From assembly GCA_020721605.1 (NCBI GenBank), contig DYML01000001.1, forward strand, positions 1 to 52,583: a stretch of DNA of 52,583 nt, in the 5' to 3' direction. The notes under the pieces were generated by a model, which made no database searches, was not told where the DNA came from, and saw only the letters and a program-made list of their open reading frames with translations. The stretch comes from Anaerolinea thermophila. Its GTDB lineage: Bacteria; Chloroflexota; Anaerolineae; Anaerolineales; Villigracilaceae. Positions within the stretch are counted from its first letter, which is position 1. Every line of letters starts with the position of its first letter. The translations under genes were made by a program, and so were the position numbers. Of this stretch, positions 1-7,975 are shown in pieces.

Positions 1-28
1 AAAAACGAATATTTTGTTGTGAAAGCAT
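1..28 (-). CDS. 5' end of a gene running off the window (MLSQQNIRF...), probably the first gene of a histidine biosynthesis operon (HisG-like start)
   Basis: ATG at 28 (minus) preceded by AAAAGGA SD; lies directly downstream of a His attenuator. Only 9 codons are visible, so identity is inferred. Confidence 0.45.
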
Positions 29-80
29 AAACGATCCTTTTATGAAAAAATGATATTCAAACGGGCTAAAGCCCGCAGCC

Positions 81-113
81 AAAAAAACAAAAACCCCGAT
101 CAATGACCGGGGT
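81..113 (-). terminator. Attenuator terminator hairpin
   Basis: Minus strand ACCCCGGTC-ATT-GATCGGGGT followed by TTTTGTTTTTTT. Confidence 0.85.
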
Positions 114-147
114 GATAACACAAAGCACACAAACCTGTTAATTGAGT

Positions 148-228
148 TCAGGCACGCGCAAAGAATCTCCCGGTCTTGCAGGGAATATGATGATGACTGT
201 GGTGACTGTGCGCGAACACGAATTTCAT
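148..228 (-). CDS. hisL: His operon leader peptide MKFVFAHSHHSHHHIPCKTGRFFARA (26 aa)
   Basis: Translated by hand; 6 His codons within 8 codons; followed by terminator/antiterminator; absent from the ORF track because of its size. Confidence 0.85.
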   Translation of the reverse strand: MKFVFAHSHHSHHHIPCKTGRFFARA

Positions 229-238
229 AATGGGTGGC

Positions 239-267
239 AGTATACCAACGTCAATCAGATTTTGCAA
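239..267 (-). promoter_or_regulatory. Sigma70 promoter of the his leader
   Basis: TTGCAA (267-262), 17-nt spacer, extended TGG-TATACT (244-239); 10 nt upstream of the leader ATG. Confidence 0.75.
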
Positions 268-691
268 GAAGTAATTTTATCTGGTTACTTTACTCTGCTT
301 AAAAAGCCAAAACGGTTGTCACATTATAATTATGATGTTAATCCTATTGCATTAGACCTAATAACTTGTACAATACGGGCAATCATTGACAATTTACATC
401 AATATTAGGGGTTTAATTAGTCCATATCAATCACAATTCTGATTGATGCGGATTAGAATTGTCCTCTAGATCCCAGTTGATGTGCAGTGATGTTTCTTTA
501 CAACAATGTAAGTTCTGGGCAATAGACACATCTATAAATAGAACCTCATGCAACTTTTACAAGAAGTTAAACCCATCAAAATCACGAAGATTAGAGCATT
601 TTCTTTATGCCTTAGCGGTCTTAAACGCAAGAAAAAAGCGCAAAAAATAACCGTGTTCAATATATTCAAAATCACTTTTGGAGAATAAATT

Positions 692-2089
692 ATGGATGTA
701 GTAACATTATCACGATGGCAATTTGGTCTAACCACTGTGTACCATTGGCTTTTTGTCCCGCTAACCTTGGGCTTGGGGTGGTATGTGGCATATTTTCAAA
801 CCCGTTATTACCAAACACAAGATGAAACATGGAACAAGATGGCAAAGTTCTGGGGCAAATTGTTCCTGATCAACTTTGCAATTGGCGTAGTCACCGGCAT
901 TGTGCAGGAATTTCAGTTCGGCATGAATTGGTCTGAATATTCGCGCTATGTCGGCGATATTTTTGGCGCACCGTTGGCAATTGAAGCATTGGTCGCCTTC
1001 TTTATGGAATCCACCTTCCTGGGCATTTGGATTTTTGGCGAAGGAAAAGTGTCGGCAAAAGTTCACCTGGCTTCGATCTGGCTGGCAGCCATTGGCTCCA
1101 ACCTGTCTGCCGTTTGGATTTTAATCGCCAACGGATTTATGCAGGCGCCCCCTGCGGCATCCTACGTTTTCAATGAAGCCAACGGGCGATTGGAATTGGT
1201 GAATTTCTTTGCGCTGATTACCAACGAAAAAGCATGGATATTTGTCTGGCATACCCTTTCAGACGGGCTTGCAATGGCAGCCTTTATGATTCTGGCGGTA
1301 AGCGCCTATCATCTCACCCGCAAACAAAATATAGACTTCTTCAAACGCTCCTTCAAAATTGGCGCAATTACAGGCTTAATTGCCAGTTCACTGGTCTTCC
1401 TCGGCGGGCATACCATGGGGCAATACATGGGCGAAATCCAGCCGATGAAATTAGCCGCAACCGAAGCCATTTGGGAAACTGAACAACCTGCGGCGTTCTC
1501 TTTACTCACCATCGGCGACTTAAGCGGCAGGAAGGAAATTTGGTCAATCCGCATCCCTTATGTGATGAGTTTCCTAGCCTGTAACAACTTCACCTGCGCA
1601 GTACAAGGCGTTGACGAACTTCAGGCGCAAGCCGTTGCGAAATACGGTCCCGGCAATTACATCCCGCTGATGGTTGTCACCTACTGGACGTTTCGCATTA
1701 TGATGGCATTTGGTCTAATTATGATTGGCGCATCTGCATGGTTCCTGTACGCTACGCGCCTTAAAGATTATGAAAACGCCAAATGGATGAAACTGGTGCC
1801 TTTCGGAGCATTGATCTTACCCTACGCAGCAAATGCCAGCGGCTGGATTCTAACTGAAATGGGTCGCCAACCCTGGATCGTCTACGGCTTGCTAAAAGTA
1901 CAAGACGCCGTCTCGCCTAACTTAACCGTGGTTGATCTGTGGATTTCGCTCATCGGATACACGGCTGTTTACAGTTCACTGGCAGTTGCCATGATTTACC
2001 TAATGAAGAAATATGCCATTGCCGGTCCAGACGCTGCCATGCACGAATCAGTGGATGTAGCCCCGGCGCTGATCGGCTCGCAAGATTAA
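692..2089 (+). CDS. cydA: Cytochrome bd ubiquinol oxidase subunit I (short Q-loop type)
   Basis: LSRWQF..YHWLF, QEFQFGMNW, QPMKLAATE, FRIMM and TEMGRQPW motifs; GGAG SD. Confidence 0.97.
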   Translation: MDVVTLSRWQFGLTTVYHWLFVPLTLGLGWYVAYFQTRYYQTQDETWNKMAKFWGKLFLINFAIGVVTGIVQEFQFGMNWSEYSRYVGDIFGAPLAIEALVAFFMESTFLGIWIFGEGKVSAKVHLASIWLAAIGSNLSAVWILIANGFMQAPPAASYVFNEANGRLELVNFFALITNEKAWIFVWHTLSDGLAMAAFMILAVSAYHLTRKQNIDFFKRSFKIGAITGLIASSLVFLGGHTMGQYMGEIQPMKLAATEAIWETEQPAAFSLLTIGDLSGRKEIWSIRIPYVMSFLACNNFTCAVQGVDELQAQAVAKYGPGNYIPLMVVTYWTFRIMMAFGLIMIGASAWFLYATRLKDYENAKWMKLVPFGALILPYAANASGWILTEMGRQPWIVYGLLKVQDAVSPNLTVVDLWISLIGYTAVYSSLAVAMIYLMKKYAIAGPDAAMHESVDVAPALIGSQD

Positions 2090-2104
2090 TCGCGGAGAAA
2101 CAAC

Positions 2105-3127
2105 ATGTCTTACGAATTCTTACAAATCCTTTGGTTCGTTTTAATTGCAGTCCTGTGGATCGGCTTCTTCTTCCTCGAAGGCTTTGACTTCGGCGTAGGA
2201 ATGCTGCTGCCCTTCCTCGGCAAAAAAGACGTGGAACGCCGCGCGATCATCAACGCAATTGGCTCCACTTGGGACGGAAACGAAGTCTGGCTCTTAACTG
2301 CGGGTGGAGCCACTTTTGCGGCTTTTCCACACTGGTACGCCACCATGTTTAGCGGTTTTTACCTGGCGCTCTTCCTGCTATTGGTGGGGCTTATCATTCG
2401 CGGTATCTCTTTTGAATATCGCTCCAAAGATGCCGCCCCCGCCTGGCGCAACCGCTTTGACTGGATGATTGCCATCGGCTCCTTCCTTTCATCTGTTTTG
2501 CTGGGTACGGCTTTTGCCAACCTGGCGCGCGGCGTACCGATTGACGAAAACATGATGTTCACCGGCAACCTATTTACCCTGCTCAACCCCTACGGCTTAC
2601 TCGGCGGGCTAACCACGGTTGCCATTTTCCTGCTGCACGGGGCAAACTTCCTCGGTCTAAAATTGGAAGGCGAACTGCGTGAACGGGTAAATGTTTTTGC
2701 CAAAAAAATATGGGTTGCCACCACAGTCTTATATGTTACGCTTGGCATCTTCACCTACATTGCAGGCTTCTGGGCGCGCGGCTTCGTTGACCCAGGCATT
2801 GCGCCCATTACCGCACTCGTTGTTCTCTTTTTGGCGGGATACTTCATTAATCAAAAGATGGAAGGGTGGGCGTTCATCATGGTTGGGCTAAACATCGTCT
2901 TCACCCAAATCACATTCTTCTCAATGACCTTCCCCAACGTGATGCTCTCAACCACCAACCCCAACTGGTCACTAACCATCTACAATGCCTCGTCCTCGCA
3001 ATACACGCTGGGCGTAATGAGCGTTATCGCGCTAATCTTTGTTCCCATCGTCCTTGCCTATCAAGGCTGGACGTACTACATGTTCCGCAAACGAATAAGC
3101 ACAGACAAGAAAACATTGGTCTATTAG
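2105..3127 (+). CDS. cydB: Cytochrome bd ubiquinol oxidase subunit II
   Basis: LEGFDFGVG, WDGNEVWL, FPHWYA, RGISFEYR; directly follows cydA. Confidence 0.97.
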   Translation: MSYEFLQILWFVLIAVLWIGFFFLEGFDFGVGMLLPFLGKKDVERRAIINAIGSTWDGNEVWLLTAGGATFAAFPHWYATMFSGFYLALFLLLVGLIIRGISFEYRSKDAAPAWRNRFDWMIAIGSFLSSVLLGTAFANLARGVPIDENMMFTGNLFTLLNPYGLLGGLTTVAIFLLHGANFLGLKLEGELRERVNVFAKKIWVATTVLYVTLGIFTYIAGFWARGFVDPGIAPITALVVLFLAGYFINQKMEGWAFIMVGLNIVFTQITFFSMTFPNVMLSTTNPNWSLTIYNASSSQYTLGVMSVIALIFVPIVLAYQGWTYYMFRKRISTDKKTLVY

Positions 3128-3134
3128 ATTTAAC

Positions 3135-3169
3135 AAAGGCGGAGTGAAAGCGCTCCGCCTTTGTTTTTT
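3135..3169 (+). terminator. Intrinsic terminator after cydB
   Basis: AAAGGCGGAGTG-AAAG-CGCTCCGCCTTT followed by GTTTTTT. Confidence 0.8.
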
Positions 3170-3241
3170 ATACCTTTACCAACGCCGCCGCACCAGATCG
3201 CCCAAAGCAACCTTGCGCCTTGAATCAAAAAAGGATAATTT

Positions 3242-3631
3242 ATGAAGAGCCATAAATTTGGTTTTACTTCAATTGACGAGTACATTGCCACCTTTCCTGA
3301 AGAAACGCAAAAAATACTAAAAGAATTACGGGCTGCAATAAAAGCCAATGCGCCTGACGCACAAGAGAAAATTAGTTATGGTATACCCACTTTTTTTCTA
3401 AATGGAAATTTAGTTCATTTTGCCGCCTTCAAAAATCATATTGGATTTTACCCTGCGCCAAGCGGGATTGAAGCGTTCAAAAATGAATTGACAATTTACA
3501 AAAGCGCAAAAGGTTCTGTGCAGTTTCCAATTCACACACCCCTCCCCTTAACCCTGATAAGCGAAATTGTTAAATTTAGAATTACTGAAAATCTCAAAAA
3601 TGTCAAAATAAAATCGAGCAAGAAAAAATAA
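3242..3631 (+). CDS. DUF1801 (YdhG-like) domain protein
   Basis: SIDEYI..LRAAI..APDAQEKISYGIPTF..HFAAFKNHIGFYP..KGSVQFP pattern; visibly AT-richer than its neighbours. Confidence 0.85.
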   Translation: MKSHKFGFTSIDEYIATFPEETQKILKELRAAIKANAPDAQEKISYGIPTFFLNGNLVHFAAFKNHIGFYPAPSGIEAFKNELTIYKSAKGSVQFPIHTPLPLTLISEIVKFRITENLKNVKIKSSKKK

Positions 3632-3697
3632 GCGCTTTGCGAGTTTTTCACCCTTCCAGCAACCTTCCAACATGTACTTTATTCCCGTCAAAAAATC

Positions 3698-6600
3698 ATG
3701 CACCGTAGACTTTTAACTCTTACCCGCGATACCCGTCTTCCCCTTTTAATTACCATTCTCTCTGGATTTTTAGCCGGACTGCTAACCATCTGGCAGTCTT
3801 GGCTGCTGAGCAATGTCATTAATAATGTTTTCCTGCAAAAACAATCCCTAATGCAAACGCTTGGGCTTTTACAATGGATGCTGCTTGCCATTGGCGGGCG
3901 TGCGTTAATGACCTGGCTCAATGAAATTGCTGCCAATGCGGTAGCAGTCAAAATTAAAACAGATTTACGAAACCGCCTTTTTGCGCACATTCTCAAACTG
4001 GGACCCGCCTACTCACGCCAGCAACGCACAGGAGAATTAACAGCCGCCGCCGTGGAAGGCATTGAAGCATTGGATGCTTATTTCAGCCAATATTTACCAC
4101 AACTGGTAATCACCACACTGGTTCCAATTTCCATTCTGGTATTTGTCTTTCCGATTGATTTGCTCTCTGGCTTTATCTTTCTGCTGACTGCGCCGCTCAT
4201 TCCCTTCTTTATGATTTTGATCGGCAAGGGCGCCGAGGCTGTCACACACCGCCAATACGAAACTCTGCGTTTACTGAGCGCGCACTTTTTAGACAGCCTG
4301 CAAGGGCTAACAACCCTTAAATTATTTGGGCAATCCAAAGCGCAGATGCACACCATTGCCCAAGTCAGTGAAAAATTTCGTGATACGACTATGAGCGTGC
4401 TACGCATCACCTTTCTTTCGGCGCTGGCATTGGAACTTCTTGCCACGTTGAGTACGGCGGTTATTGCAGTGGAGATTGGCTTTCGCTTGCTGTACGCCAA
4501 AATGGAATTTCAACCTGCGCTCTTTTTACTGGTGCTGGCTCCCGAATTTTATATGCCACTCAGAGCGCTCGGCGCAAGGTTTCACGCCGGCATGAACGGC
4601 ACCACAGCCGCAAAGCGAATTTATGAAATTTTAGATACGCCAGCCTCAGAGTTGAAGGTTGAAGGTTACACGTTAAAAGGTTTAGAACCTTCAACGTTCA
4701 CTCCTTCAACAGGCTCAGAGCAGGCTCTTCAACTTGAAAATGTGTTTTTCACCTACCCCAATGAAACCACACCCGCTCTGGAAAATATCAACATCAACAT
4801 CCAACGCGGGCAGCACATTGCACTGGTGGGAAAAACAGGCGCGGGCAAATCCACCCTTGCCAATCTCCTGCTCGGTTTCATTCAACCCACGTCAGGAAAA
4901 TTCATCCTTCAGCCTTCATCTTTCATTTTTCGCTCTTCCATCGCCTGGGTTCCGCAAAAGCCGCACCTCTTCCACGATACCATCGCGGCAAATATTCGCA
5001 TTGGCAAAATAGACGCAAGCGATGAAGAAATTTCTGCCGCCGCGCGCGCAGCAAGCCTGCACGAATTTATCGAATCACTGCCGCAAAAATATGAAACCCT
5101 CGTGGGGGAAGGTGGTGCGCGGCTTTCCAGTGGGCAAGCGCAACGGTTGGCGCTGGCGCGCGCCTTTCTCAAAGACGCACCCATTCTCATTATGGATGAA
5201 CCCACCTCCAGCCTAGACCCAGAAACGGAAGCGCTGCTGGAACAATCCACCCAAAAATTAATGGAAGGGCGCACCAGTATTACCATTGCGCACCGCCTGA
5301 ATACCATCTTTCAATCTGACCAGATTATTGTGCTGCAATCGGGGCACATTGTTGAACAGGGAACGCACCGCGAACTTCTTGCCGTTAATGGCGAATATGC
5401 CAGCATGGTAAAAACGTATGCGATGCAAGTTGCGAGTTATAAAACGCCAATTGAAACCGAACAAGTTACAGAGACTGCGCCAAAACCTTCCCCATTAAAT
5501 TCTCAGCCTTCCGCCGGAGATCAAGTACCCGTTGCAAATTCATCCCCATTGCCCGTGCTGCCGCGTTTACTCTCGTTTCTTGAGGGAAATTGGCATCGCG
5601 TTGCGCTTTCTGTTGTAATTGGCTCAGTGACCATTGGCTCAAGCATAGCGTTGATGGGATCTTCTGCCTGGCTTATTTCCACGGCTGCACTGCACCCTTC
5701 GGTCGCAGATTTGGGAGTTTCTGTGGTTGGCGTACGCTTTTTTGGCATTACGCGCGGAGTTGCCCGTTATTTTGAGCGGCTGGTTTCGCATGATGTTACC
5801 TTCCGCCTGCTCGCCCATTTGCGTGCCTGGTTCTATCAAAAACTTGAGCCGCTCGCCCCCGCCCGCCTGATGGAATTTCGCGCAGGGGATTTGCTCTCAC
5901 GCATTATTGGCGATGTGGAAACGCTGGAAAATTTTTATGTGCGGGTTGTTTCACCGCCTTTAACCGCAATTGTGGTTGGAATTTTGACGGCGGTTTTTCT
6001 TGGCGCTTTTCACCCGCCGCTTGCAGCTGCCTTTCTGACGTTTTTCATCAGCCTGGGGCTTGTGCTGCCAATGCTCTCGCAAATTCTTAGCCGCCGCTCG
6101 GCAGAGCAAACCATTGCCCTGCGCGCCGATCTGCATACCCGCCTGGTAGATGGCATTCAGGGCATGGCAGACCTGCTTGCCTACGGGCGCGGAGAAGAAC
6201 GGCTGGCGCAAATTGCAAAAAACGGGCAGGATTATGGCGCAGCCCAACGCCGCATGGCGCAAGTCACTGGCTTTCACTCCAGCCTGACCACTCTGCTGAC
6301 GCATCTTGGTTTGTGGACGATTTTATTTCTGAGCATTCCGCAAGTAAGCGCTGGCAACATTGCGGGTCCAATGCTGGCATCTTTAACCTTGCTGACCTTT
6401 GCCGCATTTGAGGCGGTCATTCCGCTGCCGCTGGCGGCGCAAATGTGGAATGCATCACATGAAGCGGCAACAAAATTATTTGAAGTGGTAGACACAAAGC
6501 CAGAAGTAAAAGATGAAGATCAAACCGCAAGCAGCCCCCAAAAAGCGCCGGGCGATCATAACGTAATATTAATTAATGACCTCTCTTTTACCTACCCCAA

Positions 6601-7336
6601 ACAAACTACGCCCGCCCTTCAGCATGTCACCATTGCCCTACAGCCTTTTACATCCACAGCCATTGTTGGACCAAGCGGCGCGGGAAAATCTACGCTGGCA
6701 AATTTGATCTTGCGTTTCTGGGAGTATGAAACCGGGGAAATCACACTCAGCGGAGATTCGCTCCAGTCGCTGAATCAAGATTGGGTGCGATCGCAGATTG
6801 GGCTTGTCTCACAGAACACTTACTTCTTCAACACCACCGTCCGTGAGAATTTAAGATTTGCCAGCCGCCGAGTCACGCAGGAAAGAATTGAATCTGCCGC
6901 CCAATCTGCGCAAATTCACAACTTTATTATGAACCTGCCCAAAGGTTACGATACCATGATCGGAGAACAGGGTTTACGGCTTTCAGGTGGAGAACGCCAG
7001 CGTCTGGCAATTGCGCGCGCGCTTATTAAAAACGCGCCAATTTTAATTTTAGATGAACCAACCGCCAACCTGGATGCGCTGACAGAAAAACAAATGCTTG
7101 AAACCTTATTTGGCATAATGAAACAAAAAACATCCCTGCTCATTACTCACCGATTAATGGGGCTGGAAAACATGGATGAAATTATTGTGATGAATCATGG
7201 GCAAATTGTAGAGCGGGGAAAACATGCCAATTTAATTGAGCAGCACGGCTTGTATCAGCGATTGTGGGCCTATCAAAACCGCATTCTTGACGAACCAACA
7301 GAAGATGATCGCCTGCGGCTTGATTTTACGGTCTGA
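3698..7336 (+). CDS. cydDC: Fused CydD-CydC thiol-reductant/heme ABC exporter (TMD-NBD-TMD-NBD)
   Basis: Two ABC halves: GKTGAGKS/LSSGQ/MDEPT and GPSGAGKS/LSGGE/LDEPT; CydD motif LAPEFYMPLR..FHA; CydC motif RYFERLVSHD; near cydAB. Confidence 0.92.
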   Translation: MHRRLLTLTRDTRLPLLITILSGFLAGLLTIWQSWLLSNVINNVFLQKQSLMQTLGLLQWMLLAIGGRALMTWLNEIAANAVAVKIKTDLRNRLFAHILKLGPAYSRQQRTGELTAAAVEGIEALDAYFSQYLPQLVITTLVPISILVFVFPIDLLSGFIFLLTAPLIPFFMILIGKGAEAVTHRQYETLRLLSAHFLDSLQGLTTLKLFGQSKAQMHTIAQVSEKFRDTTMSVLRITFLSALALELLATLSTAVIAVEIGFRLLYAKMEFQPALFLLVLAPEFYMPLRALGARFHAGMNGTTAAKRIYEILDTPASELKVEGYTLKGLEPSTFTPSTGSEQALQLENVFFTYPNETTPALENININIQRGQHIALVGKTGAGKSTLANLLLGFIQPTSGKFILQPSSFIFRSSIAWVPQKPHLFHDTIAANIRIGKIDASDEEISAAARAASLHEFIESLPQKYETLVGEGGARLSSGQAQRLALARAFLKDAPILIMDEPTSSLDPETEALLEQSTQKLMEGRTSITIAHRLNTIFQSDQIIVLQSGHIVEQGTHRELLAVNGEYASMVKTYAMQVASYKTPIETEQVTETAPKPSPLNSQPSAGDQVPVANSSPLPVLPRLLSFLEGNWHRVALSVVIGSVTIGSSIALMGSSAWLISTAALHPSVADLGVSVVGVRFFGITRGVARYFERLVSHDVTFRLLAHLRAWFYQKLEPLAPARLMEFRAGDLLSRIIGDVETLENFYVRVVSPPLTAIVVGILTAVFLGAFHPPLAAAFLTFFISLGLVLPMLSQILSRRSAEQTIALRADLHTRLVDGIQGMADLLAYGRGEERLAQIAKNGQDYGAAQRRMAQVTGFHSSLTTLLTHLGLWTILFLSIPQVSAGNIAGPMLASLTLLTFAAFEAVIPLPLAAQMWNASHEAATKLFEVVDTKPEVKDEDQTASSPQKAPGDHNVILINDLSFTYPKQTTPALQHVTIALQPFTSTAIVGPSGAGKSTLANLILRFWEYETGEITLSGDSLQSLNQDWVRSQIGLVSQNTYFFNTTVRENLRFASRRVTQERIESAAQSAQIHNFIMNLPKGYDTMIGEQGLRLSGGERQRLAIARALIKNAPILILDEPTANLDALTEKQMLETLFGIMKQKTSLLITHRLMGLENMDEIIVMNHGQIVERGKHANLIEQHGLYQRLWAYQNRILDEPTEDDRLRLDFTV
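4651..4733. repeat. Repeat-derived in-frame segment in the CydD TMD-NBD linker
   Basis: GTTGAAG tandem units facing inverted CCTTCAA units, plus nested CCTTCAACAGGCTCAGAGCAGGC. Confidence 0.65.
4901..4931 (+). repeat. Heptamer tandem repeat (TTCATCC-like x4) inside the CydD NBD
   Basis: TTCATCC-TTCAGCC-TTCATCT-TTCATTT encodes FILQPSSFIF; reverse-complement units at 39697-39728. Confidence 0.75.
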
Positions 7337-7343
7337 GTGCGAG

Positions 7344-7387
7344 AAACAAAAAACACCACCCGCAGCGGGTGGTGTTTTTTGTTTTTT
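7344..7387. terminator. Bidirectional intrinsic terminator
   Basis: AAACAAAAAACACCACCCG-CAG-CGGGTGGTGTTTTTTGTTT between convergent genes. Confidence 0.85.
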
Positions 7388-7396
7388 GTAGAACGC

Positions 7397-7870
7397 CTAC
7401 GGGCAGGCGCCCATATTCACTTTGATCGTCACAGAGCCAGCGGCAAGGGGCGCACAGCAATTTTGAGCGGCATCATACCCTGAACCTTCCTGACATTGCC
7501 CTGTGCCTGTTGCAAGCGTATTTGCCGGACAGGCAGAATTGGCGAGTTTAAGTTCGTACGTCCACAGTTCTTTGCCAGAACAAGTAATGACGTTTTTGCC
7601 ATTGACAGTGGTTCCGCTATCCTGACATTTTAATTCACCCTTTGCGTCAAGTGATTCAAAGGTAGTGCCAGGCACAACATTAATATTCTGGTAGGGAATT
7701 TTATCTACACAATAAGTTTCACCCGCAACAGTATCCATAACTTCAGGCGCGGCACAAGAGGCAGACTGGCAGGCAGGCGCCTGCTCAACTTTTGCAGCGC
7801 CGCCACAAGCAGAGGCAAAGACCAGAACAAAAACAGTAATTGCCAACAAAAAATAGGTTGTCTTTTTCAT
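7397..7870 (-). CDS. Cys-rich lipoprotein of unknown function
   Basis: Lipobox-like FASAC after MKK and a hydrophobic stretch; 10 further Cys; AGGAG SD; similar to the C-terminus of 9580..11328. Confidence 0.8.
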   Translation of the reverse strand: MKKTTYFLLAITVFVLVFASACGGAAKVEQAPACQSASCAAPEVMDTVAGETYCVDKIPYQNINVVPGTTFESLDAKGELKCQDSGTTVNGKNVITCSGKELWTYELKLANSACPANTLATGTGQCQEGSGYDAAQNCCAPLAAGSVTIKVNMGACP

Positions 7871-7975
7871 AATATACTCCTTGTATGTCGTTGATTTATA
7901 AGACAGGGTGATTTTACAAGATTAGAACAGACAGAGTATGGGAGAATTCTCCTATTTGGTTATAATATAACTTAC

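Noticed and set aside
142-735. ORF-track ORFs 142..408, 459..650 and 532..735
   Set aside because: No recognisable motifs; 142..408 is antisense to the His leader and the others lie in the AT-rich cydA promoter region
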